A stretch of DNA of 64,000 nt from Ramazzottius varieornatus (Eukaryota > Animalia > Tardigrada). Positions 26,116 to 37,200 of this stretch are shown piece by piece. Below the pieces are notes generated by a model, which was not told the DNA's origin, did not search any database, and saw only the letters and a program-made list of their open reading frames with translations. The stretch spans positions 5,757,527 to 5,821,526 of the forward strand of contig BDGG01000001.1 in the NCBI GenBank assembly GCA_001949185.1. The letters are read 5' to 3'. The stretch's first letter is position 1; each line of letters starts with the position of its first letter. The position numbers and the translations under genes are program-made.

Positions 26116-27028
26116 TCATTGCAAAAATAAACTGCCCCAAACGGCATGCAGAACGTATGAGCCTGACAGCCAGAAGAATGCGGCTGGACGGGAGAAGTTT
26201 TTTTCACTTTCGTTGCAGAGGTGGGAGTTGCAAATACACACTTCCACCCCTGACTCTTTACGGCATTTGTTGATGCGAACGCCTGGAACCCCGCAACCTC
26301 GGATTAATTTTGCGTCTACTTCCGCCTTGATACACGTATGGATGTCGCCCAACTCCGATGGACAGTCGATCTTCATGTCTTCTGACACGATCTCGCACTT
26401 TGCATCTCGACTGCAGCTGTAACAGCTAATGCCTTCGGCTTCTACCAATGGGGCAGCACAAGTTATTCAGAAATCAAAATCCCAACCTATTGCTAAATTC
26501 ATTTCTCACCTGTTATACCCGACGAAATCAGTAAAATCCACGCTACAACAGACCAGACGCTTCTTTGCTTGCATGGAACAGTCTGAAGACAATGAGGTAA
26601 AAACGAAGAAATTAATAGTTGGCCATCCAGGATCATCTGTACGCACGGTTTATCCGGGCGACGATTGACGTACCGGAAGAGTAAACAATCACTGCATTCG
26701 CATGCATGAGCATGAAGGCATGGATAATTAGGATCACTTCATTGATCCTGTCTTCGCATCCTGAACCTCTGGTTTGTTGTCTGGAGATCAATACACATCC
26801 TGACCTTCAGGAGCAGAAGGACTGGGGCGCTACTGATTCGCTGGATAGCCTGGAAATTCGGCCGTCATGTAGAGCGCCACCTGGCAGAGGACCGCGCTGG
26901 TATATGGTAAGCAATGGTATGGAACACTGCGCGAACTGACACGAGAAAGGAGTCAAATCCCGGTTTTCCCACCTACCCTGTCCCTGCCATTTTCTCCTTC
27001 CATCCGTGCTAACCTTCATCTGCACCAT
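26116..27028 (-). CDS. Ly6/uPAR three-finger (quiver/sleepless-like) GPI-anchored protein
   Basis: Main exon 26442-26116: ISCYSC...C...CP...TCIK...IRGC...C...VCICNSHLCN plus a hydrophobic C-terminus. Signal-peptide exon 26582-26510 (VWSVVAWILLISSGIT). Putative start exon 27028-27014 (MVQMK), less certain. Confidence 0.8.
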
Positions 27029-27120
27029 TAATTGTTAGCGATACCGTCCAGAACTTTTATTGTATTAGTCGAGCAGTACAGGTGAAACTTTAAGAAGGAC
27101 GATAAAGGACGAATCAAGTA

Positions 27121-27336
27121 CACGCGCGACAAGTATGGGCCAGTAAAAACTATGGATCAGTCTTTTTCGCTACGGCGGTACAGAAGCATGTACTGTACGT
27201 ACAAGACTGATTCACACTAACGCACTTTCCGACACATTACTACGGTTGAATGTCTGTATTGCCGTCTTTTCAGCCTGGCCCATAATTTTTACTGGCCCAT
27301 AATTTTTACTGGCCCATATTTTCTCATCATGCGTGT
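27121..27336. mobile_element. MITE family A copy (opposite orientation to 39044-39252), right TIR partly duplicated
   Basis: TA at 27119-20, then cacgcgcgac...gggccagtaaaaactatgg. Right end has ggcccataatttttact twice, then ttctcatcatgcgtg. Internal segments are reverse complements of the 39044 copy. Confidence 0.8.
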
Positions 27337-27514
27337 GGCATATTTTCACCCCAACTCGCGGAAAAGCCATGCACGTCTAAAGCTTCGAATATCTGACAAG
27401 CGGAATCACATGCAATAAAACTGCCTGGAGTAGATGAAACTCGCATATACTTTGCAAAACGGTGAGTAGATTCAGAAGGAATCAAGAACGCTGATAGAAA
27501 GTTGGAAATAAAGC

Positions 27515-27871
27515 TTAGTCTGCCATCGCTTCCGCCAAGGCTGGGTCGATGTTACCGAGGCTCTTGGGACAGCACAGCTTCTTCGTTCCAGTGATGCAAC
27601 ATGCCAACTTGGCTTTTCCACAGGCTGACTCCTTGATGACTTGCTTATCATGAGGGCAGCTGGGAAGACATATGGGAGCGGTACCTGAAGAGAAAAGGGA
27701 GAATAAGGACCAGGAAATACGAAACTGGATACGCCGATATCGCGATTCGGTTGATTGGCTGATCCACTTACCATGCCATGTGCAATGCTTGGAAGCTGCT
27801 TCGGCCTTGTCTAGGCTGAAGAGCACCATCGAGATGACCATCAGCAGTGCAGCTACACGTCGAGAATCCAT
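27515..27871 (-). CDS. Small secreted 8-Cys peptide, paralogue A (~89 aa)
   Basis: Exons 27871-27772 and 27684-27515: MDSRRVAALLMVISMVLFSLDKAEA-ASKHCTWHGTAPICLPSCPHDKQVIKESACGKAKLACCITGTKKLCCPKSLGNIDPALAEAMAD. Confidence 0.85.
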   Translation of the reverse strand: MDSRRVAALLMVISMVLFSLDKAEAASKHCTWHGKWISQSTESRYRRIQFRISWSLFSLFSSGTAPICLPSCPHDKQVIKESACGKAKLACCITGTKKLCCPKSLGNIDPALAEAMAD

Positions 27872-29158
27872 AGCGAAGAGAGGCCGATGTGATTCTGGAT
27901 GATAACGCTCAAAAATCTGAAAAGAACCCACGGTCGAAAGCTGAAAGCTGGAAGAAGTAACCCGCAAAGATAACGTTAAACAGACGAGAAAGAATGATTG
28001 CTGAAGCTTGCCTCGATCGAAGTTTTCCTTCCAAACTTTGACTTTGCTGTCACTGCTGATTCCTGACACTGATAAAGTGAGGTACGAGAAAGGCCTGTCC
28101 AGTTGTTATTATTCAAAAGAACGTTGTTTGCGTTGTGATGAATCAACGTCAGCATCCGCGTTCAACATTGTTCACCGCCCTGGGCTGGGACTTCGAGTAA
28201 GATATTCACTTGAACCCGCTAAAGGCAAAACAACAATACCGACACCGGCAATGGAGCTCCGCTTAATTTAACTCTGTTCATGATATATGGAGTCTGAAAT
28301 GACGGATGGACTTACCTGTTCCGTGCCAAGTGCAGTGCTGCAGAGACCCCCTTACGAGAGTTTCACGCTGTTAACGAGCAGTAAACAAAGGAAAGCGCCT
28401 GTGCTAAGCAAACGTTGGCCATTTCTGACAAGTGTAGAGCGATCAGAAGCCCAGTCCTTCCAAGTAGCGCTGACAAAAAGCAAATTTCAGTTTCAGAAGT
28501 CAGGTTTCAGGTCAGTCTGTTTACGATATTGAAAGTAAGAATATGTTATCAGTACATTTCGCCGGTCTTCGTTGAGTCACAGATTTCTAGTGCAGACCAA
28601 GATTGGTTTGAGAGATTTACAGTACCTCGTCTATCGGGTCGGCCGATCAAAGTTTGGACCCCAGAAAATAAGCACCTAAACGGCAATTTGATTAATAAAG
28701 ATTAACACAAGAAATAAACATGGCCCCGCAGCAGTAAACGCAATGCGACGTTCGTGGTCCTTGTACACTAGGCCTTCCAACTTGCTGAATTTCGCCTTGA
28801 CTGTTGGTCAGCTCCTGCGCGTTGAAAAGCAAAGCCGAATATTATTAGAATGAAAGGCAGGTTCACGTGGGCGAAACAAACCCCAGAAGCTCGAATTTCC
28901 CATTGTTATTTTTCAGCAGACGGAATTTACTTGAGGTATTTGAGTTCCCTGTCAAAGAAATCTTCTATTGTTGTATTCGGATTCAGATCGGACACAACGG
29001 CTGATGGCATACAAAAGCAAAGACAACGGAGATCTGGAGACTAGGGATAGGCTGATACGTAAATCCCAAGGAGGGAAACTGAGAGGCTCGAACGGCGTAG
29101 ACTTCGATGAACTAAGAATTGAATAGATCAAATGGCGGCTCTCTCGTTTAGAACGGGT

Positions 29159-29531
29159 TCAGTCTTTGGCAATAGCCATGGCGGTAGCAGCATCAATCTT
29201 CCCTTTCAGTGAGTTTGGACAACACAGCTTCTTGTTGCCGGACAAGCAACAGACCACCTTGTTCTTTCCGCATTTGTCCTCCACGATTGAAAACTTTCCC
29301 ATAGGACAGCTGGGCCAGCACATCGGAGCTGTTGAAGAAGAAATAAATTATATACATTGTCAAGCACGATGAGGTATCGGACTCCGGGAAGGATAGACTG
29401 ATACTCAAAGTCTTACCGGTTCCGTGCCATGTGCAGTGTCGAGGCTCGAAGAGACCTCCTTGCGAGAGTTCCACGCTAATGAGGAGCAGTAGACAGAAGA
29501 ACGGGACAATTTTGATCGCGGCGGAAGCCAT
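29159..29531 (-). CDS. Small secreted 8-Cys peptide, paralogue B (~94 aa)
   Basis: Exons 29531-29417 and 29328-29159: MASAAIKIVPFFCLLLLISVELSQG-GLFEPRHCTWHGTAPMCWPSCPMGKFSIVEDKCGKNKVVCCLSGNKKLCCPNSLKGKIDAATAMAIAKD. Cys spacing identical to paralogue A. Confidence 0.85.
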
Positions 29532-30373
29532 TTTGATCGATGATTTTGTTAGGGGGCAATCAGTAACGGGAAACTTGGATGTGTCGAACAGAAGCAGGAA
29601 GCTGAAACAACGTCGGGCAGTTCGTCTCAAAGGGTTAGTCACGGTTTCTTACCTCGGCTGCAGAAAGTGTCTAAAATTTTCAGATAATGTTTGATCAAAG
29701 ATGACACAAGCACGTAAAGTCCTTCCTTCCTTGGTGAGTAAACCTGAAAAAACATTGAAAGTTGGCAATAGAGATCTGCAGCAAACGCACATTCGTCAGA
29801 TTTCACGCTCGGGCTCAACGCAGAAATGTTGCTGACAGAGATGCCCTTGGCTATTTACCTCGGCTATCACTTCCACCGATCGCACTCCAGAAAGTAAACA
29901 GCAACGAACTCGAAAGGGACGAATAGCAGGTTTGCACGACGTCGACGAAAACTGGACAGAGCAAGTAATTTAACAGACCGACGGACTGTAATTGTTCACG
30001 GCCCAAATTGAGACGGACTTTACTCCTACAGATGGCGCTCATGCTTGCTATCATCATATTGTGCTTATTTTGGTCCCAGTTACTGTACGAGTTGGTCGGC
30101 AGGGAAATATCCAGCGGCCATGGGGATGTCCACCGGGTCCCTACGTTGAAAAATCACATAGGGACCGGGTGGATATCTCCATGGGCGGTGGATAATTCCG
30201 TGCCGACCACCTCGTACCATGCTCTGATGGTAGAGGCTGCCATTGTTCGAGAACCTACTTCGTAGCCTTTTCTACATATACAACGTATGTTTGAAACCAT
30301 AGTGCTCTTCGAACGCTTCAGCATGGATGTTCCTTCAGCTACGTCGATGTACTGATAGCTGGATTACATACAG

Positions 30374-31128
30374 CGCAAAAGTCTTTTGGGCTCCAGCCCA
30401 GAAGGCCCACTTTCGTGTCTAGATCTGCGACCGTGTGTTTCGGCGTAACCTCTGAGATCAATTATAGCATCCGAAGATTGAACAACTTGACTTATGTTTA
30501 CTGATTTTAGCATGGTGAGCAAGGGTCACGTTGTCGTCTTCTTCTACGGGGTCAAGGCAGAGCCCCCGTTGTCCGCACTTCAGATCCTCCCTTTTCAAGA
30601 TTTCCGCCCACCTTTCGCTGGTCAGTCAATATCGGAAAAGATGGTCTGCTTCGCCACAGTGGATAACATGGAGTATTCCTGCCTTGTTCTGTCCATCAAT
30701 TATGGTGCGATATTGAAAATAGCTATTGTTCCGGCGCACGGTACTTTCGGATTGTCTGTGAACAATGGTCAAAATATGTTTTCTTCTTGCAGTAAGCAGC
30801 TTGGAGCAACTTTGGAACGAGACCTTCCGCACGTGCAAAAGGCTCTATGAAGACATGGGGAAACGCTGGTCAACGGAACTCCGGCTCATTTCACCAACTC
30901 TCTCCATTCAGGATGCGATGTCGCCCCATCCATCCGATTTCGCAAGCTTGCCAATGGTCGAGCCAGAAGACGTCAAATATTTCATCAGCCTTGACGACCT
31001 GAAGCACGAGGCTCCGATGAACTCTGAACAACTCAGTGAACAAAACCAAGAAACAGATTCCCGCGAGGCGTCGTTACTAGCTGACCTTACCGTTAGGTCA
31101 AGATCGGACACACCCGCCCTAAGATCCG
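30374..31128 (+). pseudogene. Degraded multi-exon coding remnant, possibly PWWP-like
   Basis: Exon-like blocks with GT-AG ends (~30511-30620 GHVVVFFYGVKAEPPLSALQILPFQDF; ~30793-31128). Upstream KVFWAPA lies in a frame with a stop. Resemblance to PWWP (W-x-P-A ... V-x-F-[FY]-G ... LPF) is weak. Confidence 0.25.
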
Positions 31129-31419
31129 GTGAGTTCTTGTACAAAACTGCCCTACATAGGATAATCACTTGCCGGGCTCTTAAATTAGTCCCCGGGGGAT
31201 TGTGGTTCAGTCGGCCGATCCCGGGGATAATTTTATGGGCCTGTCATGTGGATGCGCAGAACTTTCCAGGCAATGCAGGAGACCACAAAAAAAAAGCATT
31301 AAGAATATCGGCTGACTTGGTTACTAACCCCGCAAATCGCGAGATGCACAAGAACCGAGACCATGATAATGCGCTGAATAGTATGATTGACATAGTCATG
31401 GGGACAGGCTTTGCTTAGT

Positions 31420-32192
31420 TAGAGCTGTTAAAAACCAGACCAGACCACTAAGAAAAGGGTTTATATGGTTTATGTGGTTCGTGGTTTAACATCCAAACCG
31501 AACCACCTCAAACCGGTTTCGATCTGACGCCAAACCATATGAACCACTGGTTTATGTGGTTTAATATGGTTTGCGGTAAAGGGAAAGTTTGCGGTACGAA
31601 ATCTGCAGATTCTGTGCTAGAAGTCGGGCCGAAATTGGCCGTCCGACAGTGCCAACCTTCCCCCGCCCCACTGCCACCGTGCGCAGCCACATCATTCTGA
31701 GTGCCACGTGATGCACAGCTTTAACTGGGTGAGCATTGTGTCATAAGCTGCGCGACATCAGAACTACGTCTTCCGTCAGGTAAAAATCGCAGTTCCGGCA
31801 GTGTTGGACAACACTGCTGGTGGGAAAATGCTTGCATTATCGGATGGCTTGCCATGGTGCTTTTTCGATTCCAGCACGCGCCAGTTTTGCCTGTTTGCGT
31901 CTGTTTGGGGAGCAACGGTCGCTCAACTTCTTATGTTCTCGGTGGTTACTTCGTTGATTAGTCAATCGAAGAGAAGTGTCAGAGTTTACTATGTACTGGT
32001 GATCAAAAAGCTGTTCGCAAACCGGTTCAAACCAGTGGTTTATGTGGTTTGGTTTAAATGGTCTGGTTTGGAGTTTAGACCAGACCACTTTTGGTGGTTT
32101 GCGGGAGAAACCATTTTCATTTAACCGGTTTGGCATGCAAACCACCACTTAAACCAAACTAAACCATATGGTTCAAACCATTAACAGCTCTA
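31420..32192. mobile_element. Non-autonomous hAT-like element with AAACCA/TGGTTT subterminal repeats
   Basis: 12-bp TIR tagagctgttaa (31420-31431) / ttaacagctcta (32181-32192). Dense AAACC/GGTTT motifs in ~31430-31575 and ~32015-32180. No intact TSD. Confidence 0.75.
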
Positions 32193-32220
32193 TTTTTTTA
32201 TTTTTTTTTCTAAATTCATA

Positions 32221-32362
32221 TTGTAATGCTTCATTAATTTCGCCAATGACGTCATCAAACGCCTATAGTTGACACTGGTCCAAAAATTTTACCCTCTGGA
32301 CCCCCTAGGGGATGTTTCGCACGAATAATGACGTGCTTCGAGAAGTTCAGGAAGCATTACAG
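32221..32362. mobile_element. MITE family B copy (degenerate)
   Basis: ttgtaatgcttcattaatttcgccaatgacgtca ... ttcgagaagttcaggaagcattacag closely matches the TIRs of 50650-50771. Confidence 0.7.
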
Positions 32363-33635
32363 CACTACAGGAGGCTCTTTCTCTTTCGGTGACGTGTAGC
32401 CACCACCAGCACTTCCGGCTCCACGATGACAGAAGAGTCGACTGAATACGTCTCATTACCGAATGCCATTACAGCAACAGTTGAGGTCGACACGAATATG
32501 AAAGGGTTTGTCTATACCGAGGACCAAGCCTTCTCCAAGACGAAAGGAAGACTTGTGCAACAGCTGGATTGTCTTGCAGGATACTAATCGCTGCAGACAG
32601 CTTCAAGAATGTAGTTTCCTGTCGACGAGTCCATCGTTGTTGGTAGTCCATTTGTAGCAGAAGCCGAGAATCAGTCGAACCTCCTCAAATAAGATCCTCA
32701 TCAGCGATGAGGATAGCATTCCAGAATATTGGGCCAGCAGAAAAACAGGGGGGAGAGCTGCTATGGTCCAGCACGTGAGCTAGGTTGTTTCGGAAGTATC
32801 ACTGGATACTCGGCACTTGCCTTCGCTGTTGTCTTTGCTTCAGTCGTTTCAAAGAAAAGTTTCCTCCTCGGTCGTTCGGTTTGATGTTTTTATCATTGGC
32901 AACATACGTGCTTCTAAACTTTTCGAAATTTCGGTGAGATGTTGGAATTTTTACTCCTTTCTCGAACCTGGTTAATTTCCTGCGATAACGAAATTGTCAA
33001 TTCTCCATGTGTATGTGCCCGTTTGCGCGGTTGTAAGTATGGGCTTCCTGTTTCCGCTGAGCTGTTTGTCCGATTTTAGAGTAATCTATAGTCAATTGCA
33101 ATGGTCCAAACGATTTCCGCCAAATATCCTGGTACAGTACTGCGTGTTGTCCGCCTTTTAGAACTTATCGGCTGTGCCTATTTTTCACCATATTGCCTAT
33201 AGTCGGCTCCGGGTTTATGGTAGTACACAAACGATTACAATGACTGAAGCACTCTATTGTTCGTCATTGTATCGTTATAGTTATTTTCTGTGGTGTTGCA
33301 GGGGCCGGCGACAAAATTCCGTCTACTTCCGCAACAACAGACGCCATTCCCCGATCATACCTGGTGACGCAATAGCCAAAGCAGCGACGAATCCGATTGA
33401 ACAGGTCCGTAATTAATGCATGAACACAGCGCGAACTCTGGGACCGCGTCTGACCGATGCAAACCGGCGTCGGAATGCGATTCCGATTCAGACCACGTGG
33501 AACCTGCTGAGCTATCGTTGCGTAACGCTTGCCACCACGTGCATCTGGTTTGACCCTCTGTAGCATGTCGTCGAGGCTGAGGTCGTCGTTACGATGAAAA
33601 TAACAGCACGTAAACTTCTGATGAATTGATTGCAG

Positions 33636-33869
33636 GATGAAGTGTCGTCAAGAGATGACCGCGCACACGTTGCCGTAGAATGTAAGAATTTCGTTGTGGT
33701 GCGGAAACCTCGCGTCGCAGGAGAACGATACACAGGGAAATGCCCCTTTAAGTGCGGCGACTGTGGCTTTGTCGGGTCGGACAGGAAGAATCTCGAGTCG
33801 TATTCCAGAAAACATAGAAGAATGGAGTGTCCTGTTTGTGGAGATGACATTAGTTGGTCGGGCCACAAG
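33636..33869 (+). other. Isolated exon-like segment encoding a degenerate C2H2 zinc-finger pair
   Basis: Acceptor gattgcag and donor AAG|gtaacg. Translation PFKCGDCGFVGSDRKNLESYSRKH..ECPVC; the first His position reads Tyr. Parent gene unresolved. Confidence 0.35.
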
Positions 33870-34239
33870 GTAACGAAGAGGTTCTTGGATAAAGTAAACT
33901 TATCCATGTAGATAGTTCCTCGTTTTACTTTCTCAAGTATCGCTGGGTCTTTTTCTCCTTTACGTCGCATTGTACAGAACAGCGAAGGACCAACGAAATC
34001 ATTTTAATATAAATTAAGCTTGGTAACAGATTTCATGGAAATCTACCCCATGTTCGAAAATCCTCTTCGATAAAGTATCATGAAGAAACAATAAGTACTG
34101 CAGTAGAGCTTTGAGTAACGGACTTTAATACCGGGAATGTCTTGAGAACACAGTTCAACCGTGGCAAAAGGAGAAAGAGAAAAGATTCCGAAGATCAAAG
34201 AGAGAGAAGCGGCAAACCTGGGATAGACGGCCGGTCGAA

Positions 34240-37200
34240 TCAACCAGGAAACGAAGTCTGGGTCTGCAAACGAGCTGCTTCCTTTCCTCCGTTGGCACGA
34301 GGGACCAGCGGAGTTGATGGCGGTCCTGCCGATGGGTCCCTGCTTGGAATGTCAACTGACATTCGGGCAGTACGTGGCTCGATCATCAGTGACCGTCGGT
34401 ACAGCTCGTCGTCTGTCATGTAGCGGGTAGAGTCCAGCAAGTACGCCGTTACGCGCGGACTGTGCTGAATCTTGTACGGACTTTGTTGATACAGCTTGAT
34501 TTCTTGAACAACGTGGGCAATCTACGATACAAACAGCATCTTAAGCCAGTGCTCTCGGAGTAAAACACCATCTTTTTCGAACAGCCTCGGTTTTTATTCT
34601 CAGTGACTCATACTTTATGGGTATCGTGACACAAAATATCACACAGCGAAATAGAAACCGAGCCGGAAGTGAGGTTTGGGGTATTCTTACCATGCGCATC
34701 TTGGAAAAGTTGATCATGCCATTCTCGGCGTAGTTTGGTGTGCCTTCTTCGATGAAGGAGAGATCAGTGAGGTACATGCCCAAGTATGGAACGCACGGTG
34801 GATCACATCGGTGGAGGGCTTCGCGCATGTTCTTGAAGCGACCATCGGAAGCCACCAAGGTCTGCAGCTTATCGATGGTTAACTTGGTGGTCTTGGACAG
34901 CTTGGCCCACGTTCGCTTCAACCGGTAGACGGAGCTGTTGACTAATGCGGCACAGATCTGCAGGACTCCGTTGTAGTTGTGAAGGACCCGGCAGATGTCC
35001 GCCACTGCTGTCCACTTTTCGATGATGTTGATACGCTCAGTCAGACTTGAGCAAGCGATGATTTCCGACACAACCAGACGTGACGTCTGGAAATCACAAA
35101 CGAAACTTGGCAATTGGTTCTACTTTACGATTCTAATAGAGGCGATACCTCGTTGAACCGTTTCGTAATGAGCAAAATATTCGGTGCGCGTTCGCCTTTA
35201 TCCTGTTTCATCCAAGCCATGCCAAGGAACTCTTCGCTGCGGATGGCCATAAAGATTTTGTGGTCCAGGAGTGTCATCTGTTCGGCTATTTCCAGAGCGG
35301 AAATGTTGGTACTGGTCTCCTTCGTTGAACCCTGTGAAAAGACAAGTCACTTGTCCGAGCTGTTGGATCTGAACAGCAGCGGGACTGTGGGAGCAAAGGA
35401 AGAAGATGCGGACTTACGGTAGGCGGCGTTAAGATCTTCTCCAGTTCGGCTTGTCGTTCCACCAAGTTTGGCTCGTCTCCGCCAGTTGTGAGAGTTCGTA
35501 GGATCTGGCTGGCCAGCTTTTGTTCGGCTGGAAGTAGGTTATAGTCACTGACGACATCTTGGAGGAAGTTGACTGCCGATGTTCGCAACTGGAAATCCTG
35601 AAAACAAAATTACTATTCAATTCAGTCTTCGAACCGAACAAACGCGGAGAACGTCGACGACGAAACAATAGTATCGTTAGCTACACAGTGTAAACCAAGT
35701 ACATTTTAAAGTCTACATTGGCCGCAAATACTTTGCTCTTGATCACTGCGCTTCCGGTAAACCGTTCAGCTAACTTGTATAGAAGCTATATTGCGGGCCG
35801 ACTGTAAGTAAACAGCCAAATATTCCTGGCGCGACTGAACACACTGCTCAATGTTCACTTTCGTATCAAGCGAAGAAAGATTAGAAAAATCCTGTCTGAT
35901 TTTGCAGAAGGTAAAGGAGCTCTTCGATTTTTTAATTGTATCCTATCCATTATTTTATATTAGTCAGAGAGGCCCTTCGACTTTCTAACAGCAGAAGCAG
36001 GATTACCGTTTCAAAGTCTTGGCGTTGCTTGGACGCCCAATGGCGCATGACGTTCAAGACGCGCATGGTGGCAGCCGCACAGATGATGGAAGCCCTCCGG
36101 TTATGCTGGGCATCAGCCTCCACTTCCTCATCGATCATATCCGGTGGGTTGCCTGACGCCGCGGTGGCTACGGCGAAGGCAGCAGCAGCCACAGCTGACG
36201 AGCAACGTCTGCCCGATCTCCTGGACGACGTGACCACCACCCCCACTCGCCCGCTGTGTGGAGACCCAGGTTCGCCGGCGCCGGCGCTGAACATACTGTT
36301 ACTGCGGTGAGAGTGTTGACTGTCGGAGAACTGGACACTGCTGCGGTAGGAGGAGACGTAGCCTGAGACGTCGGAGACGTTGCTGCCACGCTTGCTGGGC
36401 TGGGCGCTGTGGGAGGACATGGAGCTGTTTCGACCATCTTGACCGGGAAGGATGACGCTGTTCCGCGGCGACAGGTAGTCCGAAGCGTAGTCGGAGGTTG
36501 TGCTGCCCCGTTTCGGTGGCGTACTTCCCCCTTTAACCGATTCCCCGCCTGCAACAACAACAGCTGATCTTGATCTTATACCAGCCATGACTCTCAAGAA
36601 GAAAACTTCATCCGCCGCATAGTCGGGAAAGTCTATCGACTATAAAAAGCACCAAGAGCGACCTGCCATTCGAACTGGGAAGTCTTGTCCACATTTCTAC
36701 GAATTTTGTCCCTTTACCAAAAGTCCATACTGACGTCTTCTGTGGGCACGAACGTACCTGTGCTCAGTAAGCTGTTCCGTGGCGACAGCGACAGTCCCGT
36801 GTAGTCCGAAACGTTGCTTTCCCTTTTTCTGGACAAGTTTGGCGAAGTCAAGACCGCCGCGATATCCAGCGGTGTATAGTTCCTCCTAAGGTCTCTAGGA
36901 CCTCTCGGGTAGCGACCACCAGCCCCTGACGGATTCTTCAGGATGGATGGCGTGGTCTGCAGCGTCGACAGCGTAGTCGCAGAGGTCGTCGTCGGCCTTG
37001 AGGGCATAATTAACGCTGGCGGCATCGGCACCGTCCTCACCGGGTTCTTGTGTCTGTTGACATTGACTTGGTCCAGGTAGAAAATCTCCGATTCGTTATC
37101 CTCGCTTGCTTCCCCAAACTTTGAGGGGACAGTCGGAGGCTCCGAACGATGTTGTGGTAAGGGAGATGTTCCGTTGGACTGGAAGGTGACGTGTGGATGA

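Noticed and set aside
26470-26502. ATG...TGA in frame upstream of the Ly6 ORF
   Set aside because: This stretch is intronic. An upstream signal-peptide exon (26582-26510) splices in phase to 26442.
31430-32180. Short AAACCA/TGGTTT repeats considered as CRISPR-like or telomeric
   Set aside because: Irregular spacing, no unique spacers of constant length, and enclosure by TIRs indicate transposon subterminal repeats.
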